From the NCBI RefSeq assembly GCF_014396165.1, contig NZ_CP060715.1, positions 330,001 to 362,000 of the forward strand: 32,000 nt of DNA, written 5' to 3'. This document shows, one piece after another, positions 1 through 7,579 of the stretch; position 1 is the first letter of the stretch; each line of letters begins with the position of its first letter. The DNA is from Erysipelothrix inopinata (GTDB lineage Bacteria > Bacillota_I > Bacilli_A > Erysipelotrichales > Erysipelotrichaceae). The notes under the pieces were generated by a model. The model made no database searches. It was not told the DNA's origin and saw nothing but the letters and a program-made list of their open reading frames with translations. Position numbers and translations under genes: made by a program.

Positions 1-480
1 ATCAAATGTTGTTTTTTTAATTGGAAACTCCCAATTTTGACCTACGATATTTTGATATAAAAACTGGCGACCTGGTACTCCCAAGTCTTGTGCATTAATA
101 ACATAGGTATATTCGTATCTCTTCTCGCCACGAATATAATTTCCAGCTTCTCCAATTTTAATAATATGGCCTTCTGTACTTGAATCGACAGTGAAATTTT
201 CATTTTTCACGTCAATATCAGTTACAGGGAAAACAAATGATTTTGATATACCATCAAAGACAAAATTATCGTACTTTTGAGGAATATCAACGAAGATACC
301 TTGACGCTTATCATTAAACATCATATCTAAAACTGTTGTGACAAAAATTCGACCATCATCTTTCACATCCATTGAGACATGCATGTTTTCAGCATATACA
401 TCATCATTCATCGAAGCAGATACTGGAACTATTGGTAACATCAACAGAAAGACAAGTAAGGCAGTTATAAATTTTTTCAT
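1..480 (-). CDS. DUF2207-like secreted/membrane protein, N-terminal 160 codons only (runs off the left edge of the window)
   Basis: Absent from the ORF track because it is truncated. My translation from ATG 480-478 reads MKKFITALLVFLLMLPIVPVSASMNDDVYAENMHVSMDVKDDGRIFVTTVLDMMFNDKRQGIFVDIPQKY..., open to nt 1. The N-terminus looks like a signal peptide and a purine-rich RBS (AAAGGAAAG) lies upstream. It sits directly downstream of lemA, the usual partner of DUF2207 genes. Confidence 0.6.
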   Translation of the reverse strand, partial: MKKFITALLVFLLMLPIVPVSASMNDDVYAENMHVSMDVKDDGRIFVTTVLDMMFNDKRQGIFVDIPQKYDNFVFDGISKSFVFPVTDIDVKNENFTVDSSTEGHIIKIGEAGNYIRGEKRYEYTYVINAQDLGVPGRQFLYQNIVGQNWEFPIKKTTFD

Positions 481-524
481 TGTCATATCTTTCCTTTCAT
501 AACAAAAAAGGGGGAAATCCCCTA

Positions 525-1076
525 TTAGAATTGAACTTTTACGTTTTGACGTTCCACTTCATTATCAACTTCAAATAATGGTTTGCGGGTGAAACCAAAC
601 ATATTCGCAATTAAATTAGTAGGGAATGTTTCCAATTTAGTATTAAATTGACGAACAATTCCATTGTAATATTTACGGGATTGAGCGATTTCGGTTTCTA
701 AAGCTTTTAATTGATTTTGTAAATCAATAAAGTTTGTATTTGCTTTCAAGTCAGGATAGCTTTCACTTAATGCGAAGAGTCTTCCCATAACTTGGCTTAG
801 TCCATTTTCAGCTTCAATCTTAGCTTCAGGTGTTGAAGCACTTAAAGCAGAGTTACGTGCTTCAATTACAGCTTGTAACGTATCTTTTTCATGTGTTGCG
901 TATCCTTTAACTGTTTCTACTAAGTTAGGAATTAAATCGTAACGTTTTTTAAGATAAACATCCATCGTTGAGAATGCTTCCTCAACCATATTTCTAAGTT
1001 TTACTAATCCGTTGTATGCGGAGATTACAAAGAGTACAAGTAGTACTACGACTCCTAAAATTATCCAACCAATCAT
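525..1076 (-). CDS. lemA: LemA family membrane protein
   Basis: The ORF track gives 525..1091. There is an N-terminal TM helix followed by LemA-like sequence (YNGLVKLRN...YPDLKAN..F..LQ..L..TE..I...R..YN). I prefer ATG 1076 because GGAGGTG (1089-1083) lies 6 nt upstream of it. The longer start would have no RBS. Confidence 0.85.
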   Translation of the reverse strand: MIGWIILGVVVLLVLFVISAYNGLVKLRNMVEEAFSTMDVYLKKRYDLIPNLVETVKGYATHEKDTLQAVIEARNSALSASTPEAKIEAENGLSQVMGRLFALSESYPDLKANTNFIDLQNQLKALETEIAQSRKYYNGIVRQFNTKLETFPTNLIANMFGFTRKPLFEVDNEVERQNVKVQF

Positions 1077-1102
1077 ATCTAACACCTCCATGTATTATAT
1101 AT

Positions 1103-1131
1103 ATAGTACAACTAATGCAATTCAATGTCAA
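1103..1131 (-). promoter_or_regulatory. SigA-type promoter of lemA (TTGACA-17-TACTAT on the minus strand, approximate coordinates)
   Basis: The minus strand reads TTGACAttgaattgcattagttgTACTAT just upstream of the lemA RBS. Confidence 0.5.
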
Positions 1132-1193
1132 TTTGAAACAACTGCCTCATTTCAAATTTTAAGCGAAAAGGTGGTTTCCCACCTTTCAAATAA

Positions 1194-3080
1194 TTACGAT
1201 AATTTCTTTGACGATTCGACCATAAGTCCTGCTATTTTCTTAGAGAAGTCTACAGGGTCTTCAATCGGTAAGCCTTCAATGAGGCAAGCTTGATCATAAA
1301 GGACTGTCGCATAGGTATCAAGTAGTGACGCATCCTTTTCATAAATTGCTTCTAAAGCACCTAAGAGTTCATGATCTGGGTTAATTTCAAGAATTCTTTT
1401 TGCTTTAAATTCCTCTTGAGAATCTGGCATGGCATTCAGTACTTTTTCCATTTCAAACGACATCCCGTCTTCTGAAACTAAACATACTGGGTGATTCACT
1501 AAGCGAGTTGATAAACGCACTTCATCAACTTTGCTGCTGAGGCTATCTTTAAGAGCACTGATTAAGGATTGCGCTTCTTCAGTTTTCTTAGAAATCTTTT
1601 CCTTGGTTTCTTCATCAATGAGATCAAGATCACCTTGATTGATTGATTTGAATCCTTTTTCTTCATAACTTTGAAGAATTTGAATTACGAACTCATCAAT
1701 TTCATCAGTTAGATAAAGAACCTCATATCCCTTATCTGTAACGAATTCTGTTTGTGGTAACATTTGACATTTACTTACTGATTCTCCCGCAACATAGAAG
1801 ATTTCAGTTTGATCTTCTTTCATTCGAGATACATATTCTTTCAATGTATGATAACTCTCATCATGAGAACTTCTGAATAAGAGTAAATCCTGGAGTTCAT
1901 CACGTTTCATTCCAAAGGATGAGTAAAGGCCATATTTAATCGTCATACCAAATTGTTCCCAAAGTTCTTGGTAAGCTTCACGATCGTTTTTCAACATTGT
2001 TTCAAGTTCAGTTCGAATTTTTCTTTCAATACGATTTGATATTAATGTTAATTGGCGATCATTTTGTAATATTTCTCGTGAGATATTCAAGTTTAAATCT
2101 GGAGAATCAACCAATCCTCGTACAAATCTAAAGTGTTCTGGAATTAAAGATTTATTATGTTCCATAATGAATACGCCGCGACTGTATAACTGAAGTCCTG
2201 GTTCGTATTGTGTCGAATAGAAATTCATTGGAACATGTTTTGGTATGAAGAGTAACGCATCAAAGGATGGGTTTCCCTCAACACTCATACGAATTGTTTT
2301 AAATGGATCTTCATAGTCATGGAATTTATCTTTATAGAACTGGTTAAGTTCCTCTTCACTAACATCACTCTTTGAACGTTTCCATAATGGAATCATCGAG
2401 TTAATTGTTTCACGCTCAATCGTTGATTCTTCTTCATCATAGTGTTCAACGTCCATGACAATTGGATAACGAATGTAATCGGAATATTGTTTAATCAAAT
2501 GTTGTAATGTAAAGGATTCTAAGTACTGATCATAATTGTCATCATCTGTCGATTCTTTAATCGTACAGATGACAGTCGTACCATGATCCTCTCGCTCAGC
2601 TTCTTCAATACGATATCCATCTAAACCATTGGATGTGAACTTATAAGCCTCATCCGATCCAAATGCTCGCGAGATAACCTCTACTTGAGAACTGACCATG
2701 AATGCTGAATAGAACCCAACACCAAACTGTCCAATCACATCAACATCACTATCTTCTTCTAGAGCATTTTTAAATGCGTGAGAATCACTTTTCGCAATCG
2801 TTCCAAGGAATTGTTCCAATTCCTTTTCATCCATTCCGATACCATGATCTTTAATAATAAGATGTCTACTTTCTTTATCAATGTCAATTTCAATCTTCAA
2901 TGAATCTTTGTCCACATCCATTGAACCATCCTGCAATGATTTGAAATATAGTTTATCTGTTGCGTCACTTGCGTTTGAAATAAGTTCTCTTAAGAATATT
3001 TCTTTATTTGTATAAATTGAGTTAATCATTAAATCGAGTAAGCGTTGTGACTCCGCTTTAAATTGTTTCTTTCTAGCCAT
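1194..3080 (-). CDS. htpG: Hsp90-family molecular chaperone HtpG
   Basis: 628 aa. N-terminus FKAESQRLLDLMINSIYTNKEIFLRELISNASDATDKL plus GQFGVGFYSAFMV are GHKL/Hsp90 ATPase signatures. RBS AAGGAGGG lies upstream. Confidence 0.95.
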   Translation of the reverse strand: MARKKQFKAESQRLLDLMINSIYTNKEIFLRELISNASDATDKLYFKSLQDGSMDVDKDSLKIEIDIDKESRHLIIKDHGIGMDEKELEQFLGTIAKSDSHAFKNALEEDSDVDVIGQFGVGFYSAFMVSSQVEVISRAFGSDEAYKFTSNGLDGYRIEEAEREDHGTTVICTIKESTDDDNYDQYLESFTLQHLIKQYSDYIRYPIVMDVEHYDEEESTIERETINSMIPLWKRSKSDVSEEELNQFYKDKFHDYEDPFKTIRMSVEGNPSFDALLFIPKHVPMNFYSTQYEPGLQLYSRGVFIMEHNKSLIPEHFRFVRGLVDSPDLNLNISREILQNDRQLTLISNRIERKIRTELETMLKNDREAYQELWEQFGMTIKYGLYSSFGMKRDELQDLLLFRSSHDESYHTLKEYVSRMKEDQTEIFYVAGESVSKCQMLPQTEFVTDKGYEVLYLTDEIDEFVIQILQSYEEKGFKSINQGDLDLIDEETKEKISKKTEEAQSLISALKDSLSSKVDEVRLSTRLVNHPVCLVSEDGMSFEMEKVLNAMPDSQEEFKAKRILEINPDHELLGALEAIYEKDASLLDTYATVLYDQACLIEGLPIEDPVDFSKKIAGLMVESSKKLS

Positions 3081-3090
3081 CGTACCCTCC

Positions 3091-3117
3091 TTAGCACTCT
3101 TTGATGTCTAGTGCTAA
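3091..3117. promoter_or_regulatory. CIRCE element (HrcA operator) in the htpG 5' leader
   Basis: TTAGCACTC-tttgatgtc-TAGTGCTAA against consensus TTAGCACTC-N9-GAGTGCTAA: 17 of 18 arm positions match and the spacer is exactly 9 nt. It lies between the -10 box and the RBS of htpG. Confidence 0.8.
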
Positions 3118-3122
3118 ATATT

Positions 3123-3150
3123 ATTCTACATCATTCTAGATTAATGTCAA
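3123..3150 (-). promoter_or_regulatory. SigA-type promoter of htpG (TTGACA-16-TAGAAT)
   Basis: The minus strand reads gtgTTGACAttaatctagaatgatgTAGAATaatat, immediately followed by CIRCE. Confidence 0.6.
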
Positions 3151-3176
3151 CACCTTGTCCAGTTTCTATTTATCGA

Positions 3177-3201
3177 CAAAAAAAAGATAACCTCGGTTAT
3201 C
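3177..3201 (-). terminator. Rho-independent terminator after the lipoprotein gene
   Basis: The minus strand reads GATAAC-cgag-GTTATC followed by T8, starting right after the stop codon at 3202-3204. Confidence 0.6.
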
Positions 3202-3789
3202 TTAGTTTGAACGATAGTTAATTAATGTAATCCAACGAATGAGACCATTATCTTTACTTACTTTAACTTCAACCTTCGCAAGTTTACTCAATTGGTATTC
3301 GTAAATATCAAACACTGAGTTTTCGCTATGAGTTGGTTCTCCAAATTTCTTAGTAAAATCATCGATACTTGAATCAAATGTTAGTGTATCATAGAGAACA
3401 ATATTAGGCGCTACATCTGGACCAAAGGTACGGTTTTCCGCAGCTACTTCAGCTATGAGTGCATCTTTCATATCGATTGGCTTATCTGTAGGGTTATAGA
3501 AAGATACTTTAATTATATTTTCTTTATTTCTTAAGAAATAATTGGTCATATATTTCTTGGGCTCAATTTGTTCATCAATTGAAGTATTCACTTCCCAACC
3601 TTTTTCTAGCATTTCAGAATAAGGTACTGGGAGGCCAAACTCTTCATCTCTAATTGTGAACTTTAAAATATCATACGTTTCTTTAACTTCTTCTGGTTTT
3701 GTTTCTTCGGGTTCTTCCTTTTGGCTACAAGCTGTAAGCATAACAAGAACTAGAAAGACTCCGAGTATTCTTTTTAAGTTATTTTTCAT
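3202..3789 (-). CDS. Lipoprotein of unknown function
   Basis: The ORF track gives 3202..3807, which starts at TTG. ATG 3789 gives MKNNLKRILGVFLVLVMLTAC/SQ with a clear lipobox (LTAC) and a PEEVK-type linker. Its start overlaps the end of the upstream gene by 11 nt. Confidence 0.7.
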   Translation of the reverse strand: MKNNLKRILGVFLVLVMLTACSQKEEPEETKPEEVKETYDILKFTIRDEEFGLPVPYSEMLEKGWEVNTSIDEQIEPKKYMTNYFLRNKENIIKVSFYNPTDKPIDMKDALIAEVAAENRTFGPDVAPNIVLYDTLTFDSSIDDFTKKFGEPTHSENSVFDIYEYQLSKLAKVEVKVSKDNGLIRWITLINYRSN

Positions 3790-4171
3790 CTTCTTCGTTA
3801 GGATCAATATAAATGTCTGTTCCTACTCCACAACAATATCCAATGCGACCATCATTGGCTTCTTTTAATATTTGATTTTGCGTTGTAACACTTTCAAACA
3901 ATTCAAGGTTCAATCCGAACCAGGAAGCAACATCAATTTTACTTGGATAACCACCATCAAAGATTAAAACATTATCAATCTCAAATACAGGAAGATTATT
4001 TTTATCTTGTAATTGATTTTTATGATGAATTGTATCAAAACGTTCGACTTCAATATTATTTTCTTTTAGTATCTCGACAATCTGATTAAAACTTTCTCTC
4101 GACGCATCTTTTTGAATTCCTAATATAATAGCACCAAGATCTTCTGCTTCTTCAAAAATCGTAAGTTTCAT
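3779..4171 (-). CDS. Small ArsD-like (thioredoxin-fold) protein with a C-terminal vicinal Cys pair
   Basis: 130 aa. IEVERFD...LPVFEIDNVLIFDGGYPSKIDVASWFGL resembles my recollection of R773 ArsD (IERFNL...LPLLLLDGETVMAGRYPKRAELARWFGI). The C-terminus has GYCCGVGTD. The N-terminal Cys12/13/18 triad of ArsD is absent. AGGAGGT RBS; its ATG shares one nt with the GT4 stop (TAATG). Confidence 0.45.
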   Translation of the reverse strand: MKLTIFEEAEDLGAIILGIQKDASRESFNQIVEILKENNIEVERFDTIHHKNQLQDKNNLPVFEIDNVLIFDGGYPSKIDVASWFGLNLELFESVTTQNQILKEANDGRIGYCCGVGTDIYIDPNEEDEK

Positions 4172-5187
4172 TAATAATTACCTCCTAATACCCGTTCATA
4201 AACATCCTTCAGTTGGTATCCAATGGCTTCAATACTTCTCTCTTTCGCAACTTCATATCCTTTATCAACTGTAGACGGTAATTCACCATCAATAATTCCC
4301 TTAACCAAGAAAATAAAGTCAGGAATGGAATTTCCTTTATAACAGTTTTCACCATGAATTAACCATGGATCATAGACACCAATTTCTCTTACTATGGTTG
4401 GGCATTTCGAAGCAAGTGCTTCAAGAACTACAATTCCTTCGGTTTCTTCGTATGATGGGAATAAGAATGCATCAGCACATGAATAGGCACCTTCGATAAT
4501 ATCACCACTGATATATCCTGGTAGGAAAACATTATCTGGTTTCTCTTTGATAGCCTCACGAACTTTTGATGTTACTGATGCAAGCGGAGTATGTCCGAAC
4601 CAAACAAATTTATAGTCCGGGAGTGATCTCGCAATTTCCATAAAATCAGGCAATCCCTTACGTTCGAAATAAAGTCCAACAGAAATTATCACTTTATCTG
4701 TTTCACTAAATTCAAAGAACTCTCTAAACTTATCAACTTTTTGCTGTTCATATTTAAAACGATCCAAGTCAATGCCATTTGAGATATCTTGGATAGGAAT
4801 GGTTATGCCATACCCTTCCAAAATTTGCTTAGAGTAGGGAGTTGGGGTAAGAATGTAATCTCCCAATTCATAACAAGAAATTATATGTTTTTTAAATAAG
4901 GGTGACAGTTGATTTGAGAAAACAAACGAGTTTCTAAAATCTTCTTCAGTTGAGTGGGCGTGATAAACAACTTTCTTGCCTTCTTTACGAGCTTTTTGCG
5001 CCATGGAACGAGCAGAAAAATCCACAGTATTTATGTGTACAAGATCATAACTATCATTTTCATCAGTTGTATAGGAAACATTTGCTGCACTAAGTGCTCT
5101 AACTTGATGTTTCATTGCACGACCAATTCCAGATTTACTTAATGCTTTTTCACCACGTTGGTATAGTAATATTTTCATAGTTGCCAC
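4171..5187 (-). CDS. GT4-family glycosyltransferase, likely a glycolipid (glycosyl-diacylglycerol) synthase type
   Basis: 338 aa. The N-terminus KILLYQRGEKALSKSGIGRAMKHQVRAL and the C-terminal E..G.VVLEALA motif (EX7E-like) are typical of GT-B/GT4 enzymes such as the MGlcDAG/DGlcDAG synthases of Firmicutes and Acholeplasma. Confidence 0.8.
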   Translation of the reverse strand: MATMKILLYQRGEKALSKSGIGRAMKHQVRALSAANVSYTTDENDSYDLVHINTVDFSARSMAQKARKEGKKVVYHAHSTEEDFRNSFVFSNQLSPLFKKHIISCYELGDYILTPTPYSKQILEGYGITIPIQDISNGIDLDRFKYEQQKVDKFREFFEFSETDKVIISVGLYFERKGLPDFMEIARSLPDYKFVWFGHTPLASVTSKVREAIKEKPDNVFLPGYISGDIIEGAYSCADAFLFPSYEETEGIVVLEALASKCPTIVREIGVYDPWLIHGENCYKGNSIPDFIFLVKGIIDGELPSTVDKGYEVAKERSIEAIGYQLKDVYERVLGGNY

Positions 5188-5309
5188 CTTTTACTGTATC
5201 AATTACACTAATACACTATCACTATAATTATACCCTGTCAATCAACCTTTCAGAAATGAAAGATATGATAATTCAACTAAAAATGATATGATATTTTCGA
5301 GGTGATAAT

Positions 5310-5813
5310 ATGGATGGCGAATCACGCAGACAAGAAATATTAAGTCGTTTATTAAAACAGGATAAGGCTATTAGTGCTACTGCTTTCGCAAATGAATTTG
5401 GTGTATCAAGACAAATAATTGTGGGTGATATTGCACTCCTAAGAGCGAGTGGCCAAGATATCCTTGCCACATCAAAAGGATATGTATTAAACCATACTCA
5501 CGACGCATTAATAAGGAAAGTGATTGCAGTCTCCCATACTACAGATCAAACTGAAATCGAGCTCTTGACGCTTGTGAAGCATGGTGCCATCGTTGAGAAT
5601 GTCATTATTGAACATCCTTTGTATGGTGAGATAACTGGCGGTCTCAACATTCGTACCCAAGAAGATGTCAAAGACTTTCTAAGCTCTGGTGTCCAGCTTT
5701 TATCAGGACTAACCGAAGGGCTACACCTTCATACCATTTACGTTCAAAACGAAGCAGATTATGATGCATTAATTAAGGATTTAGAACAACTTAATATTTT
5801 ATATCGGAATTAG
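5310..5813 (+). CDS. niaR: NiaR (YrxA) niacin-responsive transcriptional repressor: HTH plus 3H domain
   Basis: 167 aa. The N-terminal HTH (ISATAFANEFGVSRQIIVGDIALLRASG) is followed by a His-rich 3H-type domain (VSHTT...IEHPLYGEI...HLHTI). RBS GAGGTGA. NiaR-type operators lie immediately downstream. Confidence 0.85.
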   Translation: MDGESRRQEILSRLLKQDKAISATAFANEFGVSRQIIVGDIALLRASGQDILATSKGYVLNHTHDALIRKVIAVSHTTDQTEIELLTLVKHGAIVENVIIEHPLYGEITGGLNIRTQEDVKDFLSSGVQLLSGLTEGLHLHTIYVQNEADYDALIKDLEQLNILYRN

Positions 5814-5827
5814 GTGTCTTGACACCT
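5812..5827. promoter_or_regulatory. NiaR-type operator 1 (AGGTGTC-TT-GACACCT), overlapping the niaR stop codon and the -35 of the niaX promoter
   Basis: Perfect 7-bp inverted arms. The core GTGTCTTGACAC matches the Firmicute NiaR box as I recall it. Confidence 0.75.
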
Positions 5828-5847
5828 TTTTTCTTTTCCTTTACAAT
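5819..5847 (+). promoter_or_regulatory. SigA-type promoter of niaX (TTGACA-17-TACAAT)
   Basis: TTGACA at 5819-5824, a 17-nt spacer, then TACAAT at 5842-5847. Confidence 0.7.
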
Positions 5848-5854
5848 ACTCTCG

Positions 5855-5870
5855 AGGTGTCTTGACACCA
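5855..5870. promoter_or_regulatory. NiaR-type operator 2 (AGGTGTCTTGACACCa), just downstream of the -10 / transcription start region
   Basis: A 15-nt exact copy of operator 1, centred 43 bp downstream of it. It directly abuts the niaX RBS (AAGGAGAG). Confidence 0.75.
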
Positions 5871-5881
5871 AAGGAGAGTTT

Positions 5882-6412
5882 ATGAAATCTATTAAAAACA
5901 TGACACTCGCTGCAATTCTAATTGCACTGGGTATCGTAATACCAATGTTAATGCCAAAACTTGTCATCGGACCTGCTTCTTACACACCAGCAAGCCATGT
6001 ACCAGTCTTTGTAGCAATGTTTGTCTCACCTGCTGTTGCAGTCGCTGTAGTCTTAGGAACGGCATGGGGCTTCCTAATATCTACTACACCCGTCATTGCA
6101 ATGAGAGCACTCTCTCATATTGTTTTCGCTTTGTTGGGTTCACTTTACATTCAGAAAAATCGTCAAAAGTTATCAGATAAGAAAACAATGTTGAAATTCA
6201 ATATCATTATTGGTTTAATTCATGCTTCTGTAGAATGTATTTCAGTACTTCCATTTTACTTCTCAGGATCCATGGCTCAAAACATTTATCAAAGTGGATT
6301 CTTCTACTCAATCATCGTATTAATCGGTTTTGGTGGATTTATTCACAGTCTTGTTGATTTCTTTATTGCTGAAAAAGTTGTAGACCGACTACCACTAAAA
6401 CCAAAAGCATGA
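5882..6412 (+). CDS. niaX: Small polytopic membrane protein, probable niacin transporter / ECF S-component of NiaX type
   Basis: The ORF track start at 5819 is a TTG inside the promoter. ATG 5882 has RBS AAGGAGAG. About 176 aa with 5-6 hydrophobic helices. The assignment rests on the membrane topology plus NiaR-box control. Confidence 0.6.
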   Translation: MKSIKNMTLAAILIALGIVIPMLMPKLVIGPASYTPASHVPVFVAMFVSPAVAVAVVLGTAWGFLISTTPVIAMRALSHIVFALLGSLYIQKNRQKLSDKKTMLKFNIIIGLIHASVECISVLPFYFSGSMAQNIYQSGFFYSIIVLIGFGGFIHSLVDFFIAEKVVDRLPLKPKA

Positions 6413-6438
6413 TAATATAAAACATACGGAGGATATTT

Positions 6439-6792
6439 ATGAAACCTTTATTTATATATTACCCAAAATGCAGTACATGTAAGCGTGCAATAAAATTCTT
6501 GGAGGATAATAATATTGATGTCGAGTATCGTGATATCATGCTTGAAAATCCTACTAAGGAAGAGTTAAAAAAATGGTTAGAAATTAGTGGTCTACCTATT
6601 AAACGATTCTATAACACATCAGGAATTGTTTACCGTGAAATGAATCTAAAAGAAAAGCTTCCACAAATGAGTGATGACGAAGCACTCGAGCTTCTATCAA
6701 CAACAGGAAGACTTGTAAGAAGACCTTTATTAATTGGTGATCATGGTGTATTCGTTGGTTTCCACCAAGAAATGTACGAAACACTCGTTTAA
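6439..6792 (+). CDS. ArsC/Spx/MgsR-family thioredoxin-fold protein (CxxC)
   Basis: 117 aa. N-terminal YPKCSTCKRAIKFLEDNNI plus GRLVRRPLL are typical of the ArsC-related family. RBS GGAGGA. Confidence 0.8.
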   Translation: MKPLFIYYPKCSTCKRAIKFLEDNNIDVEYRDIMLENPTKEELKKWLEISGLPIKRFYNTSGIVYREMNLKEKLPQMSDDEALELLSTTGRLVRRPLLIGDHGVFVGFHQEMYETLV

Positions 6793-6795
6793 TTT

Positions 6796-7506
6796 ATGTT
6801 GATTTTACTCTCACCAACAAAGACACAAAAGTTTGTAGATAATGCCGCTGAATGCGGCATTATTTTTGAACAACCTAAGAATGAGATTCTCAAGATACTC
6901 AAAAGTTATTCAATCGAGGCGATATGTAGTAGGATGAAATGTTCAGAAAAAATTGCAACTTCTACTTATGAACATCTTCAAAATTTCAATGAAGTAATTC
7001 CTGCTATTTACGCATATAATGGTGCAACTTTTAAAAACCTGGACTCCAGTTCATGGTCTGAAGAAGATATAGATTACGCCAACAATCACCTTTTGATTCT
7101 ATCTGCACTCTATGGATGTTCTAAACCTATGAGCCCCGTTGGAATGTATCGCTTAGATTTCAATGTGAAATTCGATATGAATCTGTATGAGTATTGGAAA
7201 CCCTTGCTTACTGACTATCTCATATCACGTGATCAAGTAATCTTGAATCTCGCTTCACAAGAATATTTCAATATGATCGATTTAGATGTTTATCAAAAGC
7301 CAATCATAACACTCGAGTTTAAAGAAGCTTCTGAAAAAGGTTTTGTCACCAAAGGAACTTACGCAAAGATAGCACGCGGGAAGATGACCAAAATTATTAT
7401 TCAAAATAAAATTTCTTCACTCGACAATCTAAAGAAAGTGAGCTTTGACTCTTATGAGTTTAATTCATCATTATCCACTAATTCAAATTTTGTTTACACA
7501 CGTTAA
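6796..7506 (+). CDS. yaaA: YaaA-family (DUF328) peroxide-stress protein
   Basis: 236 aa. The N-terminus MLILLSPTKTQ is the hallmark YaaA start (MLI..SPAKT), and YARG.M occurs near the C-terminus. It begins 3 nt after the previous stop. Confidence 0.8.
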   Translation: MLILLSPTKTQKFVDNAAECGIIFEQPKNEILKILKSYSIEAICSRMKCSEKIATSTYEHLQNFNEVIPAIYAYNGATFKNLDSSSWSEEDIDYANNHLLILSALYGCSKPMSPVGMYRLDFNVKFDMNLYEYWKPLLTDYLISRDQVILNLASQEYFNMIDLDVYQKPIITLEFKEASEKGFVTKGTYAKIARGKMTKIIIQNKISSLDNLKKVSFDSYEFNSSLSTNSNFVYTR

Positions 7507-7507
7507 A

Positions 7508-7541
7508 ACACTCAATTGAAATCTCAACTGAGTGTTTTTTA
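7508..7541 (+). terminator. Rho-independent terminator after yaaA
   Basis: ACACTCAaTTGA-aatc-TCAAcTGAGTGT followed by T6. Confidence 0.7.
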
Positions 7542-7545
7542 CATA

Positions 7546-7573
7546 GAAAAACCGTATCACTTGGATACGGTTT
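7546..7573 (-). terminator. Rho-independent terminator after rplA
   Basis: The minus strand reads AACCGTATC-caagt-GATACGGTT followed by TTTT. Confidence 0.7.
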
Positions 7574-7579
7574 GTTAAA

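Noticed and set aside
1012-1293. A 93-aa plus-strand ORF bridging the lemA start and the htpG 3' end.
   Set aside because: It overlaps two well-supported minus-strand genes plus their promoter and terminator. It has no RBS and its sequence looks non-protein-like.
5819-5881. The longer TTG-initiated version of the niaX ORF (MTPFFFSFTILSRCLDTKGEF...).
   Set aside because: The TTG is the first half of the promoter -35 (TTGACA). The extension covers the promoter and both NiaR boxes. ATG 5882 has a proper RBS.
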